Virus record (IMG/VR): IMGVR_UViG_3300035212_002004
Span: 1 to 40,099 of that record
DNA: 40,099 bases
Reading direction: 5' to 3' (one strand)
Source: a virus
Taxonomy: Duplodnaviria > Heunggongvirae > Uroviricota > Caudoviricetes
A model generated the notes under the pieces. That model was not told where the DNA came from, ran no database searches, and saw only the letters and a program-made list of their open reading frames with translations. A program made the position numbers and the translations under genes. Positions 1 to 9,904 of this stretch are shown one piece after another; within the stretch, counting starts at the first letter, position 1, and each line of letters starts with the position of its first letter.

Positions 1-57
1 CTCTGTGAACCTGATTAAATCATCTAAATCTTTTAAGGACATTGTTTTGGCTTTCAT
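1..57 (-). CDS. hypothetical protein, 5' part only (runs off window start)
   Basis: ATG at 57 overlaps the TAA of the upstream ORF (TAATG); reads MKAKTMSLKDLDDLIRFTE without a stop to the window edge. Confidence 0.5.
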   Translation of the reverse strand, partial: MKAKTMSLKDLDDLIRFTE

Positions 58-413
58 TATTTGATTTTAAGGGTTCGTTTTTTTCTTACTTTAGGTCTAT
101 CTTCAGGAAAGTTATTATACCATATCTCATTTATTTCATTTTCCAATTGTTCAATTTCTAACTTGTCTGCTTTAGTGATACGTTGTTTACGTTCTTTACC
201 ATTTAACTCATACTTATCTAATAGAGTTCGTAATTGGTTTTCTTTTTTATCAAAAGTACTCCATTGTGGGTCTTTAATAGTAACACTTAATGGACCATTT
301 GGGTTGATAGTTTTATCCCATTCCCAAGTAAATATTTCACCTGTATGGTCTCTAAATTCTTGAGTATAAACTTTAATAACAACATCATTTTCAGTTGGTC
401 TACCTTTTGCCAT
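57..413 (-). CDS. hypothetical protein
   Basis: 118-aa ORF directly downstream of the promoter motif at 431-462. Confidence 0.7.
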   Translation of the reverse strand: MAKGRPTENDVVIKVYTQEFRDHTGEIFTWEWDKTINPNGPLSVTIKDPQWSTFDKKENQLRTLLDKYELNGKERKQRITKADKLEIEQLENEINEIWYNNFPEDRPKVRKKRTLKIK

Positions 414-430
414 AACTCTTATTTTATACT

Positions 431-462
431 TAAATATACGAAGGAAAAATTAAATTGCCAAA
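431..462 (-). promoter_or_regulatory. Bacteroidota-type promoter (-33 TTTG, N20, -7 TATATTTA)
   Basis: minus strand TTTG-gcaatttaatttttccttcg-TATATTTA, intergenic, one of 11 copies. Confidence 0.75.
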
Positions 463-463
463 T

Positions 464-1111
464 TTACTTATTATAAGAAATAAAATCATCATCCCTATCA
501 TCCTCATCTATTAGACCTAATGACCTGAAATGTTCCTCAGCGTAACTATCTAATTCCCATGTCACCTGTTGTGTTTTAGGAACGTCCATATAATCTTCTA
601 TACCTTGTTCTTGTTTCTTAGTAAATACATCTCCTATTGTTAAAAAGTAACAGTTATAGCAAAGAAATTCTAAATTGTCTTGTTTCCAATTACGTTTATT
701 GTAATCTTTAAAATTAATTAGTAATGGTACTCTATAATCTGATACTCGTTGTTCTTTAAATCCACAGCATGTACATTCCTCTGCTAGTATAGCCTCTTGA
801 ATTAGACGACGTTTGAATTTATCAATACTAAATGATTCAGTGTATAATTCCCCTGTTAGTATTTTTTGCAGGTCAGGTTCCTTACCATGATGTTTTAAAA
901 ATTTAGGGATACCTTTTCCTAATTGGTTTTTATGAGTGTCAAATAGGGTGGGTGAATTTATATCATTATCATCTACACGATATGATTTAAAGTATGGTTT
1001 AACATGTTGGTATGAACAGTTGAGGTAACGTGCCGCAGCTCTAATTGATTTTGTAACTTTCATAGCACGGAGTAAATCTTCCTTACTATATATTTTTGCG
1101 GCTCTAGCCAT
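464..1111 (-). CDS. HTH plus Zn-binding degenerate HNH-fold protein
   Basis: N-terminal HTH-like SIRAAARYLNCSYQHVK; C-terminal CTCC...LLINFKDYNKRNWKQDNLEFLCYNC resembles HNH spacing but lacks the His. Confidence 0.6.
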   Translation of the reverse strand: MARAAKIYSKEDLLRAMKVTKSIRAAARYLNCSYQHVKPYFKSYRVDDNDINSPTLFDTHKNQLGKGIPKFLKHHGKEPDLQKILTGELYTESFSIDKFKRRLIQEAILAEECTCCGFKEQRVSDYRVPLLINFKDYNKRNWKQDNLEFLCYNCYFLTIGDVFTKKQEQGIEDYMDVPKTQQVTWELDSYAEEHFRSLGLIDEDDRDDDFISYNK

Positions 1112-1114
1112 AAC

Positions 1115-1543
1115 TTATTTCTCGTTTAGAAAATTTGGGTTTATTTTTACTAAGTAACTATAAAGATCCTCAGGTGTGTTTAATATTACTTCAGATTCAG
1201 TTCCGTCTTCATTCATTTGAAATAAACAATTAATTGAACCATCTAAAGCAATTCGTTCATGTAAGTAAAAAGTGATTAAATCATATCCACTCTCACCCCA
1301 CATTAATAGCATTAATTTATCTATAATACTGTAGTAAGTTTCTTCATATTCAAATAAATCTATACCAAATTCTGCTTGTAATCTATTAGATTTAATTAAA
1401 GATTTCTCATATTGTTCTATTAAAGATAAGAACAATGATTTTTTCTTTAATGCCTTATTTTGTCTTTGTTTTTTTAATATAACAGGTGTGTTAAATAATT
1501 TTTCAAAGCCTTCTTCAAGATTGTTTTTTAGTTCTTTGTCCAT
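1115..1543 (-). CDS. hypothetical protein
   Basis: 142-aa ORF in tightly packed operon. Confidence 0.7.
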   Translation of the reverse strand: MDKELKNNLEEGFEKLFNTPVILKKQRQNKALKKKSLFLSLIEQYEKSLIKSNRLQAEFGIDLFEYEETYYSIIDKLMLLMWGESGYDLITFYLHERIALDGSINCLFQMNEDGTESEVILNTPEDLYSYLVKINPNFLNEK

Positions 1544-1844
1544 TTTCTATTTCTTGGATTAATTCATTAATTTGAGAACATTTTAAATAATCTTCAGTCT
1601 TAATAAAATAGTCTAATGAGGATTTTAAAACAGGAATAAAACCAGATTTTGGTATTGTTATATTTACTTCAAGTTGATTTATACTACAAATAGTAAATTC
1701 CTTTTTATTACCTTTAATAGCTATTTTTATCCCCTCAACAACCATTTCAAATAATAAATGTTGTATTTTAGGAGTAAAAAGGGTATCTAATATACCCCTC
1801 AAACTATATTCTAGAAATACTATATTAGGCGATTGCTTCTTCAT
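1515..1844 (-). CDS. hypothetical protein
   Basis: 109-aa ORF overlapping both neighbours. Confidence 0.65.
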   Translation of the reverse strand: MKKQSPNIVFLEYSLRGILDTLFTPKIQHLLFEMVVEGIKIAIKGNKKEFTICSINQLEVNITIPKSGFIPVLKSSLDYFIKTEDYLKCSQINELIQEIENGQRTKKQS

Positions 1845-2244
1845 CTTCAGAACCTCTTATTGTTTGTTCTTCACCTCCACCTAGTATTTTATCTCTAATG
1901 AATGTGAACACTGAATCTAATGGTATTTGAAAATTAGCTGCACTTTTATCTGGTGCGTCTGTGTCTCTATCAAATTCTAGACCATATTCATTAAATTTTT
2001 TAGATATAGTTGTAGCAATACTATTTTGTAATGTATCTACTTCTTCAGGTGATAAATTAGTTAATACTTGTCCTGTTTCATTAACAGGAAAAAATTTAAC
2101 TTTAATACCTTTTTTAGTTGGGTTTTTATTTACATCGACCACAACTTTAAAGTTTTCACCTCCATAAGTGGCGTTGTAATTTAATTCACCTTCTTCATTG
2201 AGAAATTCTTCATTTAAAAAGAAATCACGTAATTTATATTCCAT
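1825..2244 (-). CDS. hypothetical protein (acidic)
   Basis: 139-aa ORF preceded by ATATTTAT motif at 2259-2266. Confidence 0.7.
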   Translation of the reverse strand: MEYKLRDFFLNEEFLNEEGELNYNATYGGENFKVVVDVNKNPTKKGIKVKFFPVNETGQVLTNLSPEEVDTLQNSIATTISKKFNEYGLEFDRDTDAPDKSAANFQIPLDSVFTFIRDKILGGGEEQTIRGSEDEEAIA

Positions 2245-2265
2245 AATTTTGTTTTAGTATAAATA

Positions 2266-3033
2266 TTAAATATACTTTGAGTTTGTTATAGGATCATATT
2301 TAATGTAATCTCCCCATTTATATTTAAAATACTCACTTGCATAACGTTGCATTTCATCTCTATAATTACTTTTTTCAGGATTGGAGCGAGTGGATAATGA
2401 CTCAAAGTGGTAGAAAGTACAATTGTAAGTTCTCATCATTTTCAATCCTACCATTTGACACTTCATAAAAAATTCCCAATCAGCAGTTAATCCTAAAGGG
2501 TAAGATTCATCCCATCCTCCCAACTTTAAGTAATCTAATTTACTCATCATGAATGGAAGAGTCCCCCCATTAGCTTCTAATAAATTTTTACTTATTGAAG
2601 ATTCAAAATCCCAATATTTTTCTATATTAAAGGTTTTAGGATCTCTTCCTAAATCTTTTTCTATAAATTGTCTAAACATACTATAAGTTGGTTCAATTTG
2701 ATTTGGAGTTAAAACCATACCTTCAGAGTAATTATTTAATAATTTTTCATCCCACTTATCAGGAGCTACATTATCATCATTGATAATTAAAACTAATTTA
2801 TGTTGAGCATTATAAACTCCTAGATTAGTTCCCCGACATAAACCCACATTTTCTTCTAAATTAAGTATTTCAATATGAGACTCCCATCTATCTAATACAG
2901 TTTTATTAATATCATAGAAACCATCCACAACTACAATAAGTTGATTTTTATTTACTTGCCCTTTAATTAAAGATTCTAAACATATATCTAGAGCATCTGG
3001 GCATTTATATGTTGGTATTATAACTGAAATCAT
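2266..3033 (-). CDS. glycosyltransferase family 2
   Basis: ISVIIPTY start, VVVDG, NLG..., INDD (DxD equivalent), GGWDE...ADWEF. Confidence 0.9.
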   Translation of the reverse strand: MISVIIPTYKCPDALDICLESLIKGQVNKNQLIVVVDGFYDINKTVLDRWESHIEILNLEENVGLCRGTNLGVYNAQHKLVLIINDDNVAPDKWDEKLLNNYSEGMVLTPNQIEPTYSMFRQFIEKDLGRDPKTFNIEKYWDFESSISKNLLEANGGTLPFMMSKLDYLKLGGWDESYPLGLTADWEFFMKCQMVGLKMMRTYNCTFYHFESLSTRSNPEKSNYRDEMQRYASEYFKYKWGDYIKYDPITNSKYI

Positions 3034-3621
3034 TTAGTTATATTTTGAGTTAAAAATGTATGAAGTATATCTTTCAAAAGCCCATGGAGAAGCATAATCT
3101 GTTTCTAAGATATTTTTTAAGTTCTTATAAAAATCCAATGTTCGTATATGGATTGCATCTTTATGAATAATAAAATGACATGATGGAGTGAAATATAAAT
3201 GAGTGGGGCAACTCTGTTCAAAAGTATTATTCCATAGGTTTTCTATAGGAAGTCCTGGATGGTGTGGAAAACCCTCAATATCCGATGTGAGAACTCCCAT
3301 ATTAGAGAAAAAATAACATCCAGGTTGTTGATATGTGGCTACTACTTCCCAGAGATTTTTATCCCCTAATATTATAGATTCCCAATCATGTACATGAACG
3401 AAAGGATTATCCTGAGAAAATATGGTCCATTTAGCTAATGAATTATAATTCTCTATAATATGGTGAATATAAGTATGAGGTTCCCTTCCTTTATTTTCTA
3501 ATTTAATAAAACCCTGAGATTTGTTGCTTTTATCATATATGATTGAGTTTAAAGATTGAGGAGTTTTAGACACCCAAAATAGATCTTGTTCATAATGAGA
3601 TACTACTAACTGTTTTTCCAT
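3034..3621 (-). CDS. DUF3431-like protein (glycosyltransferase-associated)
   Basis: LVVSHYEQDLFW, LENKGREPHTYIHHIIENY, FSQDNPFVH, WAFER motifs. Confidence 0.75.
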   Translation of the reverse strand: MEKQLVVSHYEQDLFWVSKTPQSLNSIIYDKSNKSQGFIKLENKGREPHTYIHHIIENYNSLAKWTIFSQDNPFVHVHDWESIILGDKNLWEVVATYQQPGCYFFSNMGVLTSDIEGFPHHPGLPIENLWNNTFEQSCPTHLYFTPSCHFIIHKDAIHIRTLDFYKNLKNILETDYASPWAFERYTSYIFNSKYN

Positions 3622-3624
3622 TTT

Positions 3625-4725
3625 TTAATTTAATATTTTTTGTGTTAATTCTAATGCTATAAAAATAGTTTCATCCATGTTTAAATATTTATAACTTCCC
3701 ATTCTTCCCCCAAATATCACATTAGATTCTTTATTAATTAATTTCTCATATTTATCATAAATTTCTTGATTCTTTTTATCATTAACCGGATAATAGGGTT
3801 CTTTACCTATACTCCAATCATCAGGATATTCTTTAGTTATAATAGTATGGGATTGTTTACCAAATTCAAAGTGCTTATGTTCTATTATACGAGTAAAATC
3901 ATATTCAGGTTCAGGATAACTTACCATGAAAGTTCCTTGATAATCATTAATTTCCAATCTTTCTTCTTTAAATATTAATGAGCGATATTCTAAGGGCCCA
4001 AACTCATAATTAAAATATTGATCAACTGGTCCAGTGTATATTACATTTGTAGTTAATGAATTATAATAATCTTTATCATTAAAATAATCAGTTTTAAGTC
4101 TTACTTCAATATCTTTACTTAAGTTATTAAAGAGTTTATTGTAATTAGGAATACCTTGGTAAGGATGATTATAATAACTATCCTCATGTACTAATCTAAA
4201 TACTTGTCTTTTTAATACTTCAGCAGGTATATCTTTTGGATCTTTTTTCCATTGTTTTCTTAAATACCCATCATAAAATATATTATACAGTTCAGGTCCT
4301 ACTAATTGCATTCCCCATTCATAAGCATTCTGTGGATTAGGATAAAGTTCTTTAAATGGTTGAGTTACCTCTTGTATTTTATCACGTGCTTGTTGTGGGT
4401 TAAGAACTCCATATACCTGGTGAAGGGTTAGGAGATTTATTGGGAAAGAATATAAAGTTTGTTTATATCTGAGTTTGGGTCGACATGAAAAATGATTTAG
4501 AGTTGTATACATGTTTATAAAATCCCAAACTTGCTTATTATCAGTATGGAATATATGAGGACCATATTTATGAACTTTAATCCCATCCACATCTTCAGTA
4601 TAACAATTTCCCCCAATATGGTCTCTTTTATCAATTACAAGGCAACTTTTCCCTGAGTCTTTTAAAATCCTGGCGCAAACTAACCCATATAATCCTGCTC
4701 CTACTATTAAATAATCATATTTCAT
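3625..4725 (-). CDS. glf: UDP-galactopyranose mutase
   Basis: YDYLIVGAGLYG FAD motif, HIGGNCY, HKYGPHIFHT, TRIIEHKHF, EPYYPVN, GRMGSYKYLNMD. Confidence 0.95.
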   Translation of the reverse strand: MKYDYLIVGAGLYGLVCARILKDSGKSCLVIDKRDHIGGNCYTEDVDGIKVHKYGPHIFHTDNKQVWDFINMYTTLNHFSCRPKLRYKQTLYSFPINLLTLHQVYGVLNPQQARDKIQEVTQPFKELYPNPQNAYEWGMQLVGPELYNIFYDGYLRKQWKKDPKDIPAEVLKRQVFRLVHEDSYYNHPYQGIPNYNKLFNNLSKDIEVRLKTDYFNDKDYYNSLTTNVIYTGPVDQYFNYEFGPLEYRSLIFKEERLEINDYQGTFMVSYPEPEYDFTRIIEHKHFEFGKQSHTIITKEYPDDWSIGKEPYYPVNDKKNQEIYDKYEKLINKESNVIFGGRMGSYKYLNMDETIFIALELTQKILN

Positions 4726-4738
4726 TATTTTTCGGTTT

Positions 4739-5629
4739 TTATCTATAATATTTTAATAAGTATTCATGTAGACATATTTTCCAATCTCTCATATAGTTTC
4801 TGTTTAAATCGTTTAGGGATTTATTAATTAACTTTTCTGAGTAAGGTCTTGGTGCTGAGTATTCTTCTGCAAAAAAACTACTATCGACTTTATTAACGAC
4901 TACCCCTAGGTTTAGAAAGCTATTCATCTCTACTGCAGTCTGGTATCTACTAGCTTCTCCTGAGCTAACCATGTTGTATAGTCCATAGGGAAGATCATCC
5001 TCTAGGTGTTTTAGTATTGAATATGCAAAGTCTTTTGTGTATGTAGGCACTCCTAATTTATCATCTACAACATTAAGCTCTTTTACTCCTGCTTTAATCT
5101 GCTTCATGATCTTATTTACAAACTTCTTATCCTTAGAAGGACCTCCTCCCATCATCCATCCAGCTCTAAAGATCCAATACTTTTCATAGCCTTGATTCTG
5201 CAATAACTGCTCTGTGTAGTATTTACTTTTTCCATAAGCACTTAATGGATAGGGAGTATCCTCTTCTGTATAGAATTCTTTATCGTTACCAAAGATTCCT
5301 GCTGTACTGATAAAGACGTAGGGTATGTTTAAATCCTTTGCTAAATTAAATAAATGTATAGCTGCAATTGTATTAGTTAAATAGCAATCATCTTTTTCTT
5401 GTTCACAGTACTCTAGGTCTACTAACGCAGCAAAGTTTAAAATAACATCCGGCTTATATGCTGCTACAATCTCGGTAGTGTGTTTTAAATTTCTAATATC
5501 GCAGAAAGGCATTCCTCCTTCTACATCTTTATCTGTAAGAAGATATTCTGAGGTGTCTGTTAGGTTTTGTAAAGTAGTTCCTAGCATTCCATTAGCTCCT
5601 GCTATGAATATTTTTTTATAATGTGTCAT
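4739..5629 (-). CDS. rmlD: dTDP-4-dehydrorhamnose reductase (RmlD/RfbD family SDR)
   Basis: GANGMLG Rossmann motif, PDVILNFAA, YGKSK catalytic motif, PTYT, APRP. Confidence 0.85.
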   Translation of the reverse strand: MTHYKKIFIAGANGMLGTTLQNLTDTSEYLLTDKDVEGGMPFCDIRNLKHTTEIVAAYKPDVILNFAALVDLEYCEQEKDDCYLTNTIAAIHLFNLAKDLNIPYVFISTAGIFGNDKEFYTEEDTPYPLSAYGKSKYYTEQLLQNQGYEKYWIFRAGWMMGGGPSKDKKFVNKIMKQIKAGVKELNVVDDKLGVPTYTKDFAYSILKHLEDDLPYGLYNMVSSGEASRYQTAVEMNSFLNLGVVVNKVDSSFFAEEYSAPRPYSEKLINKSLNDLNRNYMRDWKICLHEYLLKYYR

Positions 5630-5633
5630 TTAT

Positions 5634-6254
5634 TTACTGTTCTAATAATTCTATTTGAATATCTTCTTCTTTCATTCCCATAAGTAAGTAGTGTCTGTGA
5701 ACTACCTCTTTACTGTCGGGAGAGTCTATGGTAAGTATTTTAAAATCTAATGCAGGATGTGTTCTCTGTATACTTGCTTGTAGTGAACTAACATCCTTAT
5801 TAAATCTAGTTACTACAAAGGTAACCTCATCTCCTTGTTGTGTATACTTTCTAAAACTATCAACTCTCCTATTATACCTCTCTTTTAGTAGTAAGAAGTC
5901 ATCCTTAATGTAATGGTCAATACCTCCTGTCCATCCTTGGCTTACGTATAAGTTTGCATGACCTGGTGATTCGTGGTTGAATATGAAGTTGTACTTTGTG
6001 TTATACACAAGATACTCTCCTTCTACAATACCCCCTATGCTAAAAGGAGCTTGGAGAACTTGCAGGTACTTTTCATCCATGAAGTATTTAAAATCATCTG
6101 CAAGACATTCTTCAACTCCTTTTAAGTTTGTTATCATCTCATCGAAAGGACAAGTTTTATATCCAACTCCTTTTCTCTCTCTCAACCCTACTTGTACTCC
6201 GTAACCGGCTGAATGGTAATTCCATCCTAATGAGATTCCTATTGGTTTATTCAT
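5634..6254 (-). CDS. DUF1796-like (putative papain-like peptidase) protein
   Basis: ISLGWNYHSA, L-R...CPFDEM, FNHE, ERYNRRVDSF pattern; expected Cys is Tyr. Confidence 0.55.
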   Translation of the reverse strand: MNKPIGISLGWNYHSAGYGVQVGLRERKGVGYKTCPFDEMITNLKGVEECLADDFKYFMDEKYLQVLQAPFSIGGIVEGEYLVYNTKYNFIFNHESPGHANLYVSQGWTGGIDHYIKDDFLLLKERYNRRVDSFRKYTQQGDEVTFVVTRFNKDVSSLQASIQRTHPALDFKILTIDSPDSKEVVHRHYLLMGMKEEDIQIELLEQ

Positions 6255-6284
6255 TCTATACTTAGATTTGTTTAGTTAAAATTA

Positions 6285-6896
6285 CTACAGGGTGTCATAA
6301 TAGTTATTTTGTCTTTCCTGTTTGTCAATTGTCTTTGGATGGTATAGGCTACAGTATTCTTCTGCGGGAAGAACTGTTACTGTTTTAAATCCCTCTAGTA
6401 CTTCGTGTACCTTATTCTTCCACTTTATACTAGGATCATTTCTATAAATTCTCCATTGGTAATCTGGGAAGTTTACCCATCCATTGTGGTTTATGTTCCA
6501 TCCCCACTTATATACGTGCTCGTCTGTAAGCCCTACTACGGAGTTAATTCTAGGTACTCTAAAAACATCTACTTCTGGGTTAAGTTCTAGAAGTTCAGGT
6601 AGAATCTCTATGAGAGTTTTATTTGGAAGTTCGTCTGCATCTATTTGAAAGATATAATCTCCTATACAATACGATGTTAGTTTGTTTTTCCAATCAGCAA
6701 AGTGTCCTGTGAAATTATCCTTTATGTTCTCTATCTCATCTACACTATCTATGTAATCGTAAACTTCTATATTACCATTGGTGTCGTATAAGATAACTAT
6801 CTCATCTTCTTCTCGTTTGTTGGAAAGGAGGAAGTTGACTAGTCTTTTCACTTCCTCCAATTCATTACAAACTGTTATTGCATAACTTATTTTCAT
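6285..6896 (-). CDS. glycosyltransferase family 2
   Basis: ISYAITVCNE, FADWKN, YIFQIDADE (DxD), PRIN, PDYQWRIY, VHE. Confidence 0.9.
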   Translation of the reverse strand: MKISYAITVCNELEEVKRLVNFLLSNKREEDEIVILYDTNGNIEVYDYIDSVDEIENIKDNFTGHFADWKNKLTSYCIGDYIFQIDADELPNKTLIEILPELLELNPEVDVFRVPRINSVVGLTDEHVYKWGWNINHNGWVNFPDYQWRIYRNDPSIKWKNKVHEVLEGFKTVTVLPAEEYCSLYHPKTIDKQERQNNYYDTL

Positions 6897-6900
6897 CTTA

Positions 6901-7353
6901 TTAATTAAAAAATCCTATATAATCTAAGGCTTCAATAAAATCGTTTTGTGGATAACTTTTTAAAGTCTTTATATCAGTTTTATGAGTATAAAATTCTTCA
7001 GTTCCAGGTATTTTAAATTTACCTTTCTCATCTTCGTTTACTTCAACAGCTAATATACCACTCCATTGCCAGTTATCTTTATGAGTACCGTTGGCAAATA
7101 CCGTTCCTTTTTCTTGAATATTAATAGTTATTGGATACCAAACACGTTTTTCTGAGTCTATTGATTTAATATCTTTATAAAGTTCAGGTAATGTTTCTTC
7201 ATATGATTCGAAGTCAAATTCTCCTTCAACCATTAAATCATTAGTTTGGAAACCACACCCAAAACAATAATAATTGTTTTTAAGTTCATTTACTGGAGTA
7301 ATATAACATGCATCACTGCCACATCTTGGGCAAATACTTAATTTATCTTTCAT
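6901..7353 (-). CDS. hypothetical protein with Zn ribbon
   Basis: CPRCGSDAC...CFGCG; start moved to MKDKLS (7353) to avoid overlap with upstream gene. Confidence 0.7.
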   Translation of the reverse strand: MKDKLSICPRCGSDACYITPVNELKNNYYCFGCGFQTNDLMVEGEFDFESYEETLPELYKDIKSIDSEKRVWYPITINIQEKGTVFANGTHKDNWQWSGILAVEVNEDEKGKFKIPGTEEFYTHKTDIKTLKSYPQNDFIEALDYIGFFN

Positions 7354-7357
7354 TATT

Positions 7358-8035
7358 TTATTTTTTGTTATTTTTATATTTCCAAATATACCCAAAAGCA
7401 GTTTTTTGTTTACCTATACAAACTGAATTTATATCTCCCACTCTCCCAGGTTTATTTAGGTAAGTACAAGCTTCTGTCATACTTGAAAATTCATTTATTT
7501 TATTATTTTTTAAATCGTATTGTTCAACAGGGCGAGAACGTTTTCCTTTATTAGATAAAGATTTTTTATTTTTAACATTTTCGTTATCAGGTTTTCTATT
7601 CTTATTAGGTAAATATAAATTTTTACTTACTAAATAATTTCTAACAGTATTATAAGTTAAATTTAATTCCTTACAAATACTATATATACCTTCACTTTTA
7701 TATAATTCTTCAATAACTCCTTCAGAAATATTTTTTAATTTATAATTATTTCCTAATTTACTATTAGTTATTTTTTGTTTAGAACCCTCACTTAACTTAG
7801 TAGGACCCCCTCCCCCTTTATTTTTATTTTCTAAATTAAACCCTTGGGATTTAAATAAAGCAATATAATACCTTTCTGTGACTTTCCAATCTTCATCCTC
7901 TACTAATTCTAATACTTTAATATTAATACCTTCCCCATAAGTTTTTTTATGTTGACAATACCTAACATTGATATTATTACATTTACCTACATAAAAAGGT
8001 ATATGGTTTTTTTCTAAGAGATATATTATAATCAT
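7358..8035 (-). CDS. GIY-YIG homing endonuclease with NUMOD3/NUMOD1 DNA-binding motifs
   Basis: IIYLL...FYVGK..N...R...H, E-RYYI, LENKNKGG; C-terminal VEQYDL...EFSSMTEA...TAFGYIWKY. Confidence 0.85.
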   Translation of the reverse strand: MIIIYLLEKNHIPFYVGKCNNINVRYCQHKKTYGEGINIKVLELVEDEDWKVTERYYIALFKSQGFNLENKNKGGGGPTKLSEGSKQKITNSKLGNNYKLKNISEGVIEELYKSEGIYSICKELNLTYNTVRNYLVSKNLYLPNKNRKPDNENVKNKKSLSNKGKRSRPVEQYDLKNNKINEFSSMTEACTYLNKPGRVGDINSVCIGKQKTAFGYIWKYKNNKK

Positions 8036-8081
8036 AATTTATTATTTATGATAAATATATTAAAATTCAATCTCTTTCAAA

Positions 8082-9392
8082 TTAGGGTTCAATTTTTTTT
8101 AAAGTTGGAAGAGAAATTTTTTTAAGTTGGGGCAACTTCAATTGAACTTGTTTAGGAAATTCAGGTATTTTAGAAGTTAATATGATATCTAATTTTTCTT
8201 GCATTTTTTCAAATGAAAAATTAGTTTTGCAATGAAAACCTAACCGTTTACCTTTTTCTTGATATTTTTTATAATTCTCAAAATAATCTTTTAATAATCC
8301 ACTTGCAAAACCATAATCAGCTGTAAACCATTGTGATCCTTCAATTAACATATCTTTAACTTGAGCTGAAGGGTGTATTGGGGTTAAATTACCAGGTACT
8401 AAAGAAGTAAATTCATGATTTAAGAAATCAATTTGACCACTCCAGTTAGGAGCAATAATAGGTTTTTTAGTTTGAGTAAATTCTAATAATGGTCTACCAA
8501 AACCTTCACCTTTAGTTAAACTAACCATAGCTTTAATTTTAGTATGATTATACAATTCATTCACTTCACTATCTGAAATTTCACCATGGAATAGATAAAT
8601 GTTAGGTAAATTTTTAGAATTAATAGTATTTTTAATCATATCAATCTTTTTTAAGATTTGGTTACGATCTACTATACTAGCAGGACCTGACATGGTTTTT
8701 AGAATTAATGCTGGTTTATTCTTTTTATTTTTAAATGAATCCAAGAATATTTTTATTAAACCACTAACATCTTTTCTATCTTGACCTAAATCACCTTGAA
8801 GCCAATGACCTACAAATAAGAATGCAAAATCCTCTTCAACTGTATCTAAGGCTTGTTTAATTTCTGAGGTTGGATTTAAGGATGAAGCAAAGTATTTAGT
8901 AATATCAACTCCTTCAAATAACACTTCAATTGGGGCTGTTAATTCTATATTACCAACAACTTGTTTAGTTTTTTCATCTTGTTTCTGAAATTTAGAATCT
9001 TGGAATACTTTTTTAGAATGTTCTGATGATACTAAATTTAAATTCATTTTATTCATACCTTCAATCCATTGTGGGGCACAAAGTGTAGTTTCAATTCCAG
9101 CTGTTATTCCAATATTAAATTTTCCTACAGGTTGAAATTCATTTGGAACTGTAATTTGAGCCCAAATATCAGGTTGTTGAGTCAATTGACCTTGTAATAT
9201 ATGGGATTTTAGGAAACCCCATTCTTCTCTATGGTCATCTATAAAATTCCATGGAGTGCCACCCCATCTTTGTGGTATTATTTTAACGTCGTATTTATCT
9301 AAATTAATCAACGCTTTAACTAAATCTCTACTACGAGAACCATATCCACTGTAAGTGTCAATTGGACAGCTTATTACAAATGTATTTTTCAT
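8082..9392 (-). CDS. glycosyltransferase family 4 (GT-B)
   Basis: SGYG, FLFVGHW, RKD, GEGFGRPLLE (EX7E), PIIAPNWSGQIDF. Confidence 0.85.
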   Translation of the reverse strand: MKNTFVISCPIDTYSGYGSRSRDLVKALINLDKYDVKIIPQRWGGTPWNFIDDHREEWGFLKSHILQGQLTQQPDIWAQITVPNEFQPVGKFNIGITAGIETTLCAPQWIEGMNKMNLNLVSSEHSKKVFQDSKFQKQDEKTKQVVGNIELTAPIEVLFEGVDITKYFASSLNPTSEIKQALDTVEEDFAFLFVGHWLQGDLGQDRKDVSGLIKIFLDSFKNKKNKPALILKTMSGPASIVDRNQILKKIDMIKNTINSKNLPNIYLFHGEISDSEVNELYNHTKIKAMVSLTKGEGFGRPLLEFTQTKKPIIAPNWSGQIDFLNHEFTSLVPGNLTPIHPSAQVKDMLIEGSQWFTADYGFASGLLKDYFENYKKYQEKGKRLGFHCKTNFSFEKMQEKLDIILTSKIPEFPKQVQLKLPQLKKISLPTLKKIEP

Positions 9393-9397
9393 ATTTT

Positions 9398-9895
9398 TTA
9401 TTTTCTCATTAATGCTATCCCTTCAGGATTGCTTTTATCTACCATATACTTATCTTTATCCTTTATTTGAGAAATAAAATAATCATAAATTCTAGTTTTT
9501 TGCCCTTGGGCCTTCTCCTTATTCTGGATTTTACGATAATCGTCTGCTCCTTTTATTTTTAGCCCTTTAGGTTCATATTTATCTAAAAATTGAGAAGTTG
9601 CACTAGCCACTGTAGATAATAATTTTGTATAATCTTTTAAGGTATAATTAACATCTAAATCTTTAAAACTAGTGTTATTGACCATAAAATCTATTTCATA
9701 CAAACCATTACCTTCGTTGTAAAAAATGATTTTAATTTCATTATCTTGGGGATCTTGAAATGGAGTTATAACAACGTCCTTGTAGTTATTTAAACCAAAA
9801 TTAAAATTATTTTTAAAAGGCTCACTATCAAAAATCTCATCTAACATCTCAAATAATAATATTCTATCTCTATAGGTTTTAAAACTTTGTCCCAT
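9398..9895 (-). CDS. hypothetical protein
   Basis: 165-aa ORF between the two GT4 genes. Confidence 0.7.
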   Translation of the reverse strand: MGQSFKTYRDRILLFEMLDEIFDSEPFKNNFNFGLNNYKDVVITPFQDPQDNEIKIIFYNEGNGLYEIDFMVNNTSFKDLDVNYTLKDYTKLLSTVASATSQFLDKYEPKGLKIKGADDYRKIQNKEKAQGQKTRIYDYFISQIKDKDKYMVDKSNPEGIALMRK

Positions 9896-9904
9896 TTTAT
9901 CTTA

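Noticed and set aside
4739-6896. Apparently higher GC in rmlD to GT2, suggesting recent acquisition
   Set aside because: Visual impression only; needs a sliding-window GC and codon-usage calculation.
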